This document shows, piece by piece, positions 1 to 10,000 of a DNA stretch of 64,000 nt. The DNA lies in IMG/VR virus record IMGVR_UViG_3300043449_002710, positions 159,261 to 223,260 of that record; one strand, 5' to 3'. Every line of letters starts with the position of its first letter. Within the stretch, counting starts at the first letter, position 1. The translations under genes and the position numbers were made by a program. The notes below the pieces were generated by a model. It was not told the DNA's origin. It ran no database searches and saw only the letters and a list, made by a program, of their open reading frames with translations.

Positions 1-444
1 GCCCACGCCAAGACTCTTGCCAAGGCCCTTCTGTAATAGGTTTTTTGTAGGCGTTGTTTTGTTGAACTTTGTCTAAAGCTTTCAGATCCGTTTTGAGCTG
101 AAGGAAAAGATTGTCGGGCTGGTTTTCGTGCTTCTTTTGCTCCCAAAGGTCTAGGCTAAGCTTGGAGGCAAGCTTGTTCCAGCCACCATGCTCTAGGCAG
201 CTCCAGCACCGAAACCCACCTACTGAAACCCTCCCGGGAATGTTTTGAAGCGCAATCCCAAGAGATGGGTTGTGGTCGTCATGAAAAGGACAAAGAATCT
301 TGGCCTCAGTGGGTTTGGACAAATCCACTGCGGGTAAACGAGCAAGTTGTTGTCGAATAAAGCTGACTTTATCCATCGGATAATACAGATGTCCTTGTGA
401 GGCAGCCATCCCATGAAAGACAGGCTTGCGCAACCCCTAAGGCT

Positions 445-699
445 TCACCAGCGCCTCAAGGGGCAGGATTCGCGTTCTTTGCCCACCTTGGCTGCAACTA
501 GACATCCGCAGCGATTACAGGCCTCTTGAGATGGATTAAAATAAGGACAGGATCGGCAAAGACCAATCCTTCTTTCCGTTAACTCCAAGGCCGAAGGGGC
601 TTGTCCTGACTCTAAAGCCAACCGCCGAGCCGAAGCCGCATTTAAAGCAGGTACAGAAGATAAAGGCGCAGTCTTGCGCCCCCCACAGCAATAACCCAT
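445..699 (-). CDS. Small Cys-rich protein (DUF6171-like putative Zn-binding protein)
   Basis: CRSCPYF-x6-CNRCGC-x4-K-x6-CP-x2-W motif; paralog at 53493-53726. Start moved to the internal ATG (MGYCC) at 699. Confidence 0.6.
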   Translation of the reverse strand: MGYCCGGRKTAPLSSVPALNAASARRLALESGQAPSALELTERRIGLCRSCPYFNPSQEACNRCGCLVAAKVGKERESCPLRRW

Positions 700-769
700 T
701 TGAACCTCAAAAAAGAAAGGGTAGGTGCCCGAAAGCACCTACCCCCCATTTTACCGATTCGCCAATAAA

Positions 770-3184
770 TCAGATCCGGTAAGCACCGCTGACGTAGAGG
801 ATGTCCCCAGCTTCAAGAGCTTCTGGACCGCCTGTAGCCACGTCATTTGCGAAGGTGACCACTGTGACGCCACCCACAACCGAGAGGGTGTAATCGTCGC
901 TAGCACCTGCGTTCAACATGAGGCGACCCACGTTGACAACCAACGAATCCACTTCGTAGTTGTGAGCGAGAGTCACAGCCTGCAAGCTGATTTCAGCAGC
1001 GCCGAGAACGTGCTTTTCTTTATCGAAGAGATAATGATCTGCTTCGAGAGAGAGAACACGAGAACTCAAGCTACCTTCAGCAATCATAGCGCGGCTGTAC
1101 TCGTCGGCGACTGCTCCGTAGAGCGAGGTCTCAGCGATAACAGCGCGGCTATACTCGTCGGCAACTGCACCAGCGCTGATTGCAGCCAAAGACTGTTCAG
1201 CGATGTAAGCACGGCTGTACTCAGCAGCGACTGCTCCATAGAGCGAGGTCTCAGCGATAACAGCACGGCTATACTCTTCTGCCACAGAAGCTGTGCCCAA
1301 CATTGCCAAGGACTGCTCAGCAATATAAGCGCGGCTATACTCAGCGGCGACTGCTCCGTAGAGCGAGGTCTCAGCGATAACAGCACGGCTATACTCTTCT
1401 GCCACAGAAGCTGTGCCCAACATTGCCAAGGACTGTTCAGCGATGTAGGCACGGCTATACTCAGCAGCGAGATTAGCTTGGAGTGTAGTCTCAGCCAAGT
1501 ATGCCCGGGTATATTCAGCGGCAATCGCTGCTTGGCCAGAGCCTTCAACCACAGTCAACTGCTTCAAGTTAACAGCATCACCTAGTTGATTGCCATCTGC
1601 TACTTCAACAATTCTCCTATTGTGAATCCAGATTCTATCTAAATAACCATAAGAGATAGCTGGAGAACCACCCCCATCACTAAATGTTCTGTTAGAAACA
1701 TCCCAGTTAGCGGTCGTTCCAACTTGGACATAATTCGCATAAAGAGCATTAAATGCAGTAGCCCCACTACCAATAGCAAGACCACCAACCCCGGCCACAA
1801 TACTACCGGTCATCGTACCGCCAGCCAAAGGAAGCTTGGTTGCTTCAGCGGCAAATGCACGGCTGTACTCAGCAGCAAGATTAGCTTGGAGTGTTGTTTC
1901 AGCTAAAACAGCACGGCTATACTCTGCTACCAGATTAGCCTGGAGTGTTGTCTCAGCCAAAACAGCGCGGCTGTATTCATTGGTGATGCTGTTCAGAACA
2001 TTCGTCGAGACAGTCAACTGATCGCCAACTGTGGTGATTGTTGTACCATCAACCAGAACATTCAGAATGTTTCCAGACCAAGCCAAAGCCACACCGGCTT
2101 CAATAGCGCCTGGGCCAGCAAACTCAATCCAGCTAGAGGATGTCGAGCTGTAAACGTAGTTGTGACCGAAAGAATACGAATTATCTTCGTTCACAAATAC
2201 GGCTTGGCCGTTATTCGGAGTGATAGTGGTGTAAGTCAGCGGAGAAAGAGTAGCGACAACAACGATGTCGTTTTCTTTACCTGCCAAGCCACCAGTTGCT
2301 GTTCCACCTTCAAAAGCAACACCAAAGCGATCACCAACTGCAACCAGACCTAAGTCCACCCAAACAGAGCCCACGGCGTCCCAACGGACAGCGTGGCCTT
2401 CTAAACCAGTCCAAGCACCTGTGGCAGTGGCTGCAACGATGTAGACAAGTTTAGGATCTGGGGAACCCGGAGGTGTTGCCAGATTATCGGAGATCAGGTT
2501 TGGATCGAGGATCGGATCGAGCCAAACAAGGCCGTTGACGACAGCGTCGAGCTGAGCTTTGTTCACAGCATCGTAAGCATTCACACCGTCAGCCAGATTG
2601 ATGATCTTCTGACGGGTTTCGCTGTTCATGTCGAGAGCGCCTGTCATCGGACGTGTGCCATCGAGCAGCAAGAAGGTCGCTTCGGCGGCAAGTGCGCGGC
2701 TAACTTCCGAATCCAGACCCATCTGCAGGGTGGTTTCAGCTAAAACAGCGCGGCTATACTCGTCGGCAACTGCACCAGCACCACTGGAGGCCAGAGATTG
2801 CTCGGCAAGGAAAGCCCGGCTGTACTCAGCGGCAACCGCTGCGTAGAGTGATGTCTCAGCTACGACAGCGCGGGTGGTTTCTTCATCTAAACTGCCAGAG
2901 AGAACTGTCAGATTAGAATCCAGATTACCTGCCAAGGTGTTGAGGCTTTGTTCTGCGATATAAGCGCGGCTGTACTCAGCGGCGAGATTAGCTTGGAGTG
3001 TAGCTTCGGCCAAAACAGCGCGGCTATACTCTTCACCCAAGGCTACCTGCAAAGAACCTTCAACCAGAGAGGCGCGAGTAATCTCAGCGTCCAACTGGCT
3101 AGTTAGAGCGATGGAACTATCGACTTTAGAAGCGTCGATTGCTCCATCGAGGATAAATTTTCTTTTGATTTGAGACACTGACAT
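770..3184 (-). CDS. Fibre/adhesin-like virion protein with EYSRA coiled-coil repeats, two DAVN neck motifs and a DUF2793-like segment
   Basis: 804 aa, AAGGAG RBS. About 18 E-Y-S-R-A-x2-A-E-x2-L units; KIINLADGVNAYDAVNKAQL and RRIVEVADGNQLGDAVNLKQL resemble YadA-type neck motifs; PPGSPDPKLVYIVAATATGAWTG resembles DUF2793. Confidence 0.7.
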   Translation of the reverse strand: MSVSQIKRKFILDGAIDASKVDSSIALTSQLDAEITRASLVEGSLQVALGEEYSRAVLAEATLQANLAAEYSRAYIAEQSLNTLAGNLDSNLTVLSGSLDEETTRAVVAETSLYAAVAAEYSRAFLAEQSLASSGAGAVADEYSRAVLAETTLQMGLDSEVSRALAAEATFLLLDGTRPMTGALDMNSETRQKIINLADGVNAYDAVNKAQLDAVVNGLVWLDPILDPNLISDNLATPPGSPDPKLVYIVAATATGAWTGLEGHAVRWDAVGSVWVDLGLVAVGDRFGVAFEGGTATGGLAGKENDIVVVATLSPLTYTTITPNNGQAVFVNEDNSYSFGHNYVYSSTSSSWIEFAGPGAIEAGVALAWSGNILNVLVDGTTITTVGDQLTVSTNVLNSITNEYSRAVLAETTLQANLVAEYSRAVLAETTLQANLAAEYSRAFAAEATKLPLAGGTMTGSIVAGVGGLAIGSGATAFNALYANYVQVGTTANWDVSNRTFSDGGGSPAISYGYLDRIWIHNRRIVEVADGNQLGDAVNLKQLTVVEGSGQAAIAAEYTRAYLAETTLQANLAAEYSRAYIAEQSLAMLGTASVAEEYSRAVIAETSLYGAVAAEYSRAYIAEQSLAMLGTASVAEEYSRAVIAETSLYGAVAAEYSRAYIAEQSLAAISAGAVADEYSRAVIAETSLYGAVADEYSRAMIAEGSLSSRVLSLEADHYLFDKEKHVLGAAEISLQAVTLAHNYEVDSLVVNVGRLMLNAGASDDYTLSVVGGVTVVTFANDVATGGPEALEAGDILYVSGAYRI
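1100..1530 (-). repeat. 120-bp (40-aa) coding tandem repeat inside the 804-aa fibre gene
   Basis: The lines starting at 1261 and 1381 are nearly identical; unit AAEYSRAYIAEQSLAMLGTASVAEEYSRAVIAETSLYGAV. Confidence 0.9.
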
Positions 3185-3520
3185 GAATAATTCTCCTTAC
3201 AGACCTACCTTGTCTGCATTTAGGTTATTGGCGATGCGATACCACAATTAAAAATAAGACTGTTTTAAAAGATGGTTAAAAGAAATTGGGACTGAAATAA
3301 ATAGGCTACTAAGAAAAATCCGGAAAGAGTTAAGGCGTACTACAAAGCCAGAATATACTCTGAAAAAGAAAAGGCAGAAGCTAGAGAACGCGCTCGTTTT
3401 GTGGCGAATTAACAATCGGTAACAGAACAGAACAGTAACTATCTCCATTCAAGATTATAGGCCCTACGTTTTTCCTTAGATTCGTCTTCAGAAGACACTA
3501 TTTTTTAACCTCAAATAATA

Positions 3521-3552
3521 TTGGTCCTTTGAGGAACAACCCCAAAGGACCA
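3521..3552 (-). terminator. Intrinsic terminator after the 253-aa gene
   Basis: TTGGTCCTTTG-N10-CAAAGGACCAA perfect stem, followed on the minus strand by an A/T-rich tract (TATTATTTG). Confidence 0.6.
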
Positions 3553-3564
3553 AAAATTCAAGAT

Positions 3565-4326
3565 TCAAGATTTTTTCACTAATTGACGTGCATATTCTTT
3601 TGAGCCGTAAGCTTCTTCGAAATACTTCTGAAGCTTAGCGGATTCGTTTGGAGCTTTTTCAGCAGCTTGCGCTTGAAGATCCAAAACCGCTTCTTTGGCG
3701 ATCACGGCTTCCTTGCCTTCTTTGGTCTTGGCTTTGAAGCCGCCTTTGATGGAAGCTGTGATTTCGAGAGGCTGAACTTCGCCTTTGAAGTAAGCTTTCA
3801 CTAAATCGCCTGCGCCGATCATCTCTTTGGCAATCGCAACAGAGGCGAGAGAGACTGAAGGGGTTTCGGTAACGAACATCCGGTTACGGCGAGCAGCAAT
3901 GATCTGCTCGATGTTTTCTTTGCCGATCTTGGCTAGGACTTTCTTACCGTCCTGATCTTTGACTTCCCAGTGGTCGCCCAAGGCATTGTCGAGGTACATC
4001 ATGCCTGCAATCACAGGGGTCATCTTCGACTTGTCCTGAGCTTCGCTCATTTCACGAGTCGGGACATTGAGCTTGGCCACGATCGAAACCGAGGTCGGCT
4101 TGATCGAGCAAGAAGCCATGACTGGCATGATCTTGCCTTCGAAAGTCTTGGCGAAAAAGCGTTCAATGTCATCACCCTTGGGGCGACCGAGCTTCGGTTC
4201 ATATTCAATCAGAACGTGTGCGGAAACGGCATCCAATTTTTGGAAGTCCGCAATGTCCAAGTCCCCTCTGACGCCTGTAGCGAAAGAGGCTGCGACGACT
4301 TTTTTGTAGACCCTGTCAAAATTCAT
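3565..4326 (-). CDS. Hypothetical protein, probably virion-associated
   Basis: 253 aa, AAGGAG RBS, GGTTATTATT motif upstream, downstream of the tape-measure-like gene; N-terminal KKVVAAS. Confidence 0.7.
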   Translation of the reverse strand: MNFDRVYKKVVAASFATGVRGDLDIADFQKLDAVSAHVLIEYEPKLGRPKGDDIERFFAKTFEGKIMPVMASCSIKPTSVSIVAKLNVPTREMSEAQDKSKMTPVIAGMMYLDNALGDHWEVKDQDGKKVLAKIGKENIEQIIAARRNRMFVTETPSVSLASVAIAKEMIGAGDLVKAYFKGEVQPLEITASIKGGFKAKTKEGKEAVIAKEAVLDLQAQAAEKAPNESAKLQKYFEEAYGSKEYARQLVKKS

Positions 4327-4394
4327 TTCCGTCTCCTTGAAGAACTTTAATCAAAAACTTTTTCTAATTTAATAATAACCTATGTTTTAAAGCG

Positions 4395-6986
4395 TTAACG
4401 CGCACCAACACCTAATCGGTTATTGGTGTTAAACTGTTGAGTTGCGGCTGTACCAATATCGAGCACAAGCTTTTGTGTTTGAGATGTTCCAACAATCTGT
4501 CCGTTCACATAGATGGGTGGAGCGGCTGCATTGGTAACAGCCCCAGGTACGGCGGTCGGAGATGCGGCAGACATCGGCATTGGTGCCTGGGCAACTGGTG
4601 TCGCAGCTATTTCCCCAGAATAGGCAGTTGGGACTTTTGGAACTAAAATAGTTTTCTTGGATTCAACCGGAAAAATTTGATCTATTGTTTTAGAACTAGC
4701 CAAATTAACTGAATCGGAAATATTTTCTACTGAGTTCTCTAAAAGATTTTTTTCACTGGCGGATCTTAATTTATTAATTTGCTCTAGAAGAGGGGCAACC
4801 ATTTTTTCATGCCGAGCCTTTTCGTAAGCTCTGTCTTCTGGTGTTTTAGCTTTTTTTAACCTCTCCAAATAATTTTGATCTTCAATGTCTTTTTTAGCAG
4901 AGTATTCTTCGATTTGTTTGTTTCGGCTGTATTGGTCAAAAATAGATAATCCCATCGATGCGGCTGCGGCAACACCAACAGCGGTCGCCCCGCCTGAAAA
5001 CTTTGCTATCAATAAACCTAGAATTCCAGCTACACCAACCGAAATTTTACCTACGTTAGTATCTAACGCAGTTATAGCTTGTTGCAAACCTCCGCCAGTT
5101 AACCAAGTTCTGGCGACATTCTTTTTCTTCTCTTCTTCCGCAATTTGCTTCATTTTTTCTTCAGAGCCTTGAAGGTTATCTAATTTCTCTTGTAAATGTG
5201 CGGCCAAAGATTGGTCTCCCTTGGATTTAGCTATTTCTAAATCTTTTTTAACCGCCTCAATCGCTTCTTCTCGCTTCTTTTTAATCTGTTCTTCAGAGGT
5301 GCCTAGAGCTTTCTTTTCTTTCTCCATCAGAATGCCTTCGATTTTCTTTTTCAATTCGAACCGATGCTCTTCTTTTTTATAGTATTCAGCAGATGCCTCT
5401 TCCATCCCGTACATAAGCTTAATCTGCTCTTTGCTGAGATTTTTAAAATTGTTTGCTTGCTCCGTCGCTTGCTTGCCGAGCTTTGCTTGTTGAACCATTT
5501 GATCCGCAACTAGCGGATCTGTAATTCCATAAATTTGTTGAATCGCTTGGACTGCGTTAGCGCCACTTTTTGAAACAATGTCATTGATGGATTTTTCCAT
5601 AGCTTCAATGCCCACCCCAGTATCTTGTAGTAAGCGTTGAACCATTTGTTGTTTAGTATACTCAGAAGCTTTATTGCTTGGGCTCATGATTGCAGCAATT
5701 TGTTTAGAAAGCCCAGGCTTGGCAGCCTCTAGTTGATCCCGCAAAGCCCCTGTAATATTTGAACCCGCCATTGAAGCTCGGATCGTTTTTGAGAGATCTC
5801 TGCCAGATAAAATTCTAGTCCAATCGGGGGCTTCTGTAGTCAACTTTTTGATGTAAGTTGTAGCGCCTTTCAGAGAAGCTTCGTAACTATAACCTTGAGC
5901 TTGCAAAGCCACCATGTTTTTGGTGATCATTTTTGCTAGTAAATCTTGCTCCTGAGCGCCGGATTGCGATTCTCTAGCTAAATCAAAAATAACTTTGGTG
6001 ACATCTCTACCGATGATTACTGTTTTTTGTAATTCTGTGTTCGTGCTCTGAGTAATGTCACGGATGTTTTTTAAAACCATAGCAGATTGAGTGCCTGTTC
6101 TTCCGAATTTTAAATTCGCTTCCACAACATAATCTGTAGCATCGCCCAAGGATACTTGGAGAGCGGAAGCTAAGTAACCGGTAACCTCGGTGAGGTTTTC
6201 CATGCTCTCAGCGGAATGATCAGACCAAGCTGTGATTTGAGAGAATCTTTTGAAGGAATCAGCAGTTTCTTCGGCTGAAATACCCAAACCCGCCATAGCT
6301 ATTTGAGCTTTTCCCAGACTCCAACTGTAATCCTTTGCTCTATCTGCTAAAACCTTAAAGTCATCGTTTATATTTCCAGTCATCCCGATGAATGAACCGG
6401 AAGTGAGAGAAATATCTACTACGTCTTGTACTGCTCTACCCGCGCCTTTCAGCCCTGAAATCAATCTTTCAGTAGAAAGAATCCACCCGAGAGCCTGAGC
6501 CACACCGGAAGAAAAAAGCTTTCCTAAAAGACCAACCGATTTTTTTGTTTCTTCTAAAGCTCCTTTTTGAGCTTTTATCTGCCGCTCAGTAATGCTGAGT
6601 TGAGCTTCTTCTTTTCTGATCTTTTCACCCAAAGCTTCCAAGGATTTTTTTTCTAAGGCTAAGCGCTCCTTAAGGTCTTTAGTTTCTTCTTCCTTGGCCG
6701 ATTCAATGCTTTTTTCAAGTTCTTTGATTTTATCAAGTTGAGAAATTCTATCTACATAAAGCTTAGATAGCTTTCCCTCGATAACCAAAGCTTCTTTAGA
6801 CCCTTTGGCGATAGCATCGTAAATGGATGCCAAAGTGTTGAGCTGCTTAGATGCTGCTGTTGCCCCAGTTTTGGCTGCCTCCGCTGCTTTTCTGGCAAAG
6901 ACATCTGCAGTAGCTTCAGCCGATTTGATGGTCGCTTCTAAGCCTTTGATCGCGGCATTAGCTTGATCTATATTCTTCTCAGCCAT
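4395..6986 (-). CDS. Tape-measure-like protein
   Basis: 863 aa, Ala/Lys/Glu-rich helical; Gly/Ala-rich hydrophobic segments (ISVGVAGILGLLIAKFSGGATAVGVAAAASMGLSIF); lies downstream of a chaperone-like frameshift pair. Confidence 0.65.
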   Translation of the reverse strand: MAEKNIDQANAAIKGLEATIKSAEATADVFARKAAEAAKTGATAASKQLNTLASIYDAIAKGSKEALVIEGKLSKLYVDRISQLDKIKELEKSIESAKEEETKDLKERLALEKKSLEALGEKIRKEEAQLSITERQIKAQKGALEETKKSVGLLGKLFSSGVAQALGWILSTERLISGLKGAGRAVQDVVDISLTSGSFIGMTGNINDDFKVLADRAKDYSWSLGKAQIAMAGLGISAEETADSFKRFSQITAWSDHSAESMENLTEVTGYLASALQVSLGDATDYVVEANLKFGRTGTQSAMVLKNIRDITQSTNTELQKTVIIGRDVTKVIFDLARESQSGAQEQDLLAKMITKNMVALQAQGYSYEASLKGATTYIKKLTTEAPDWTRILSGRDLSKTIRASMAGSNITGALRDQLEAAKPGLSKQIAAIMSPSNKASEYTKQQMVQRLLQDTGVGIEAMEKSINDIVSKSGANAVQAIQQIYGITDPLVADQMVQQAKLGKQATEQANNFKNLSKEQIKLMYGMEEASAEYYKKEEHRFELKKKIEGILMEKEKKALGTSEEQIKKKREEAIEAVKKDLEIAKSKGDQSLAAHLQEKLDNLQGSEEKMKQIAEEEKKKNVARTWLTGGGLQQAITALDTNVGKISVGVAGILGLLIAKFSGGATAVGVAAAASMGLSIFDQYSRNKQIEEYSAKKDIEDQNYLERLKKAKTPEDRAYEKARHEKMVAPLLEQINKLRSASEKNLLENSVENISDSVNLASSKTIDQIFPVESKKTILVPKVPTAYSGEIAATPVAQAPMPMSAASPTAVPGAVTNAAAPPIYVNGQIVGTSQTQKLVLDIGTAATQQFNTNNRLGVGAR

Positions 6987-8071
6987 TAGCGCCTCTTGTA
7001 CTGATCAGCATTCATGGTCTGATCGATCACATTGTCAGAAAGCCCAAAAACATCTCGCAATAATAATTTGAGTGTATGAGAAGAACCCGTAAATAGAAGG
7101 TTTGCCTCCTCGGACTGTTCTTCATAATCCACGATCTTAGTTGTGTTTTCAGTTAACCCCTCTTTGGAAAGCCAATCGGATAATTTTTGACGATCCACTG
7201 GGATCGTTTCAATAGAGATCTTGCTCAGGGGTATGGCTCTTTTTAGGGTTTGAACTTTCTCGGGTTCTTCTTGAGTCTTTTTCTGCTCTTCTGTTTTCGT
7301 TTTCTGAACTAAGGGCTTCCCACTTTTGATCTTTTTGATGGCGTCTTCTTTGAATCCGATCTTTTTAAGAAGCTCTTCTGCGAGATCCTTAGGTCCACTA
7401 TAAGAAAGTTCTTTGGTGTCCTTGTCAAAGTGGATGGAGTCAGGCCCGTCAAAATAAAAATCCTTGTCCTGATAAAAGCGAGTGACCAAGGTTTCAATCT
7501 GGTCCTCGGTCTTTGGGCTCAAAAGATTTTCTGAATGAACTAAGACCGTAAACTGAATGTCAGCTAATTGGTTGGCTTGCTCTTTCTTAGCTTGTTCAAG
7601 AAGCTTATTAGCTTCATTTTCTTTCATTCCAAAAGAATTGAGCAACGACTCGGCAATATCCAAAGGACCTTGGTAGCTGAGTTTTAAGCTCTCGGGCTCG
7701 AACTTGACATCATTGGGGCTATCAAATCGTAACCTGTTCTCCGTGTAGAAAAGAGCTACTTTTTTCTCGATCTCCTGGGGAGTCTTGGGTGTGGATAGTT
7801 TCTCTGGAGTAAGCTTAACTTGAAACTCTATTTTATCCTTAGAGCGCTCCACTCGGAGCAATCGCTCCAGCTCTTCGGGCTCTAAATCCAGAAGATTTCT
7901 CTTTTGTAACAATTCTCTGACCCAAGGCGAGTCTTTAGTTTGAGTATACCGTGTCTTAATCTTGTTAACTAAATCGTCTATTTTACCAGCCAACACCCGT
8001 TGGAAAGCTCGGGTGCTTTTGGTGTCGGCGGAACCTGTCAGAAAATGCAAAAGGGTATTCCTTGAAGGCAT
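6986..8071 (-). CDS. Hypothetical protein with 2-3 internal ~80-aa repeats
   Basis: 361 aa; ...STPKTPQEIEKKVALFY...FDSPNDVKF...LSYQGPLDIAESLL and ...LSPKTEDQIETLVTRFY...FDGPDSIHF...LSYSGPKDLAEELL; TAATG overlap with the tape-measure gene. Confidence 0.75.
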   Translation of the reverse strand: MPSRNTLLHFLTGSADTKSTRAFQRVLAGKIDDLVNKIKTRYTQTKDSPWVRELLQKRNLLDLEPEELERLLRVERSKDKIEFQVKLTPEKLSTPKTPQEIEKKVALFYTENRLRFDSPNDVKFEPESLKLSYQGPLDIAESLLNSFGMKENEANKLLEQAKKEQANQLADIQFTVLVHSENLLSPKTEDQIETLVTRFYQDKDFYFDGPDSIHFDKDTKELSYSGPKDLAEELLKKIGFKEDAIKKIKSGKPLVQKTKTEEQKKTQEEPEKVQTLKRAIPLSKISIETIPVDRQKLSDWLSKEGLTENTTKIVDYEEQSEEANLLFTGSSHTLKLLLRDVFGLSDNVIDQTMNADQYKRR

Positions 8072-8080
8072 ATATTAAAA

Positions 8081-8506
8081 CTAACCTTCACCTGTCGGGA
8101 CTTTGGGAAGTTTCTTTTGCCCGAAGAAATCCAAGAACTCTTGCGGAGAAACCTTCGAAAGATCGACCACCACTTCATTGGGCGCTTTTTTATAGCCTGA
8201 GGGTAATACCATTCCAGCACTGCCAACCATCCGCATCAAACCTTCCCTGAACTCGGGTCGGATCGCAAAGGCCAAAGGCACAAGCACCTTATCGGCATTC
8301 TTGTATTCAGCGGATTCCCCATTTTTTTTACCCCAGGACCTAATCTCACCGGCTGAGAAAGTGGTGCCCAGCAAGCGACCGATCTGGCCCAAGCGTTCGT
8401 TCTCAACTTCCTTGACCCAGAAATAAAGAAAGGCTCTTTCCTCTAGGCTTAGGTCCCTTAGTTCTTCCCAGCTACGGTTGGTGGCGGCCCAAAGATACCC
8501 GAGCAC
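8081..8506 (-). CDS. Tail assembly chaperone T-like ORF (probably made as a -1 frameshift extension of the upstream gene)
   Basis: 141 aa; SWEELRDLSLEERAFLY resembles gpT-type segments. No RBS; the GTG lies in a hairpin; the frame is open back to a CCCTTTG slippery site. Confidence 0.65.
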   Translation of the reverse strand: MLGYLWAATNRSWEELRDLSLEERAFLYFWVKEVENERLGQIGRLLGTTFSAGEIRSWGKKNGESAEYKNADKVLVPLAFAIRPEFREGLMRMVGSAGMVLPSGYKKAPNEVVVDLSKVSPQEFLDFFGQKKLPKVPTGEG

Positions 8507-8535
8507 CGAAAGCTCGGGATCGTCCTTGGTCGCCT

Positions 8536-9693
8536 TTACTGCAAAGGGAGGGCTTCTACCTCAGAGGTCAAACCACGATCATCCATGGGGATGCCATGGA
8601 TCTGGCAGAAGACTGGCACTCCTTTTTCCACCGCCAAGTCATAAACTTCTTTGCAGTCATCTACAGGGCAGGTGAACTTTCTTTGCTTAGGATCAAAAGA
8701 GGATTTCAGTCCCAAGTCTTTGAAAGAAACTTCAAAGGCGGTGTAGATTTTTTCAACCAAGTTAGGATTAAAGGGGAACAAATTGTCCAGGGAGGGTTCT
8801 CCTTGGTACATCTCGATCAAGGTTTGGGCAGTCAGGATTCTAACCTCCGTGGGAGGATTCAAAGGGTCTTTGACCGAACCTTCTGGAACTAATTCAAGCA
8901 CTTCAGCAATCGGCATTTTCTCAACTCGAACAATACCTGTGGCTGCCGTACAAAGCTTCAGCATCATTTTGACTGCTTCAGTTTGACCCGCTACTTCTTG
9001 GATCTTATTGAGAACCCAAGGATAAACAGAAGACGGTGGAGGTAGAAGCTCGAAACCCACGTCTTCAACTATCACTTCCACGGGCTTTACTCTTTCAAGT
9101 GAAAGTTTCTCGCGCATCTTTTTCAAGACCGGATTCACTTCTTTTTTGAAAGTCTTTGGGGTTGCCGCTGCCTGCGGCTGCGATTGTTGTTGCTGGGCTG
9201 CTTCTTTTTCAGCCTTTCTTTGTAGTTCGAGTTTTCTTTTTTTCAATTCCAATTCTTTCAACTCGATCTCAAGCAGTTCTTCTTCAGTCAAATTACTACC
9301 TTCTTCCAAAGCTTTGGGTTCTGATGCTGGGGTTTTTTCCACGGGTTCCACTTTCTGTTCTAATTTTTTGCCCTTAGTCTTGAGTAATTCTTCTACTGTG
9401 ATCCCTCGTTCTTTGGCGATCTCTCGCAAAGCGTACTCATTCAACTCAGGATCAAATTTTCGAGTTTGATTCCCGGCAAAAGGTTCCTCGGGCTTTGCCT
9501 TTTCTTCCATGTATTTTGAAACTTGATCTTGGGGAATCACCGGGAAAGGAGCAGGAGTAGGATCGCCTAGATCTTTTCTTTTATTAGTAGGGCGCTCTGG
9601 CATCTTGGGCTTTGAAGGCTGAAAATCATCCACCACAGGACGTGCATCTTTAAATCGACTACCCATGGTCTGCTTGATCTTTTCGTCATCCAT
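8536..9693 (-). CDS. Tail assembly chaperone G-like protein with C-terminal Cys/His motif
   Basis: 385 aa, GGAG RBS; ends ...CPVDDC...CQIH...EALPLQ* over a C CCT TTG heptamer. Confidence 0.55.
   Translation of the reverse strand: MDDEKIKQTMGSRFKDARPVVDDFQPSKPKMPERPTNKRKDLGDPTPAPFPVIPQDQVSKYMEEKAKPEEPFAGNQTRKFDPELNEYALREIAKERGITVEELLKTKGKKLEQKVEPVEKTPASEPKALEEGSNLTEEELLEIELKELELKKRKLELQRKAEKEAAQQQQSQPQAAATPKTFKKEVNPVLKKMREKLSLERVKPVEVIVEDVGFELLPPPSSVYPWVLNKIQEVAGQTEAVKMMLKLCTAATGIVRVEKMPIAEVLELVPEGSVKDPLNPPTEVRILTAQTLIEMYQGEPSLDNLFPFNPNLVEKIYTAFEVSFKDLGLKSSFDPKQRKFTCPVDDCKEVYDLAVEKGVPVFCQIHGIPMDDRGLTSEVEALPLQ
8542..8548 (-). other. Candidate -1 ribosomal frameshift site C CCT TTG
   Basis: X XXY YYZ heptamer in the zero frame, two codons before the stop; the -1 frame is open into the 141-aa ORF. 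Confidence 0.7.
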
Positions 9694-9775
9694 CTACTAA
9701 CACTCCGCAATAAGTTATCTGCTCGATGTCAGATATTTTACTAATTTCGGTAAATCTTAATCAGAAGGACTTGAA

Positions 9776-10000
9776 ATGAGCAGGTTGCGACTTGAACTAG
9801 GAAAAATCTATCAAACCTTAGGGGCTGGTACTGTCACGATTATCGAAAAGAAAATCACGGGCAGAAAAATCTTCACTGGCCAGCTTCAAGACGGAACCTT
9901 GATTCAATATTTCAGAAACGGAAGATTCTCCAATGCCTCTCAAAGAAAGGGAGGCCATCGTTTTGACATTGTCATAAAGCCTGTAGAAGTTTATCAATAG
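9776..10000 (+). CDS. Hypothetical protein
   Basis: 74 aa, GAAGGA RBS, plausible composition. Confidence 0.6.
   Translation: MSRLRLELGKIYQTLGAGTVTIIEKKITGRKIFTGQLQDGTLIQYFRNGRFSNASQRKGGHRFDIVIKPVEVYQ

Noticed and set aside
145-180. CTAGGCTAAGCTTGG resembling words in the 57800-58140 region (possible terminal repeat)
   Set aside because: Only short word-level similarity, with no extended alignment.
1100-1530. Possible CRISPR array or non-coding repeat
   Set aside because: The repeats are in-frame coding units with no unique spacers; no repeat-spacer array was seen anywhere in the window.
725-1585. 286-aa plus-strand ORF and the 154-aa alternative-frame ORF
   Set aside because: Shadows of the repetitive 804-aa fibre gene; the repeats suppress stop codons in other frames.
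3300-3412. Short plus-strand stretch TKKNPERVKAYYKAR... resembling the N-terminal helix of HNH proteins
   Set aside because: No start codon or catalytic motif; too short to support even a pseudogene call.
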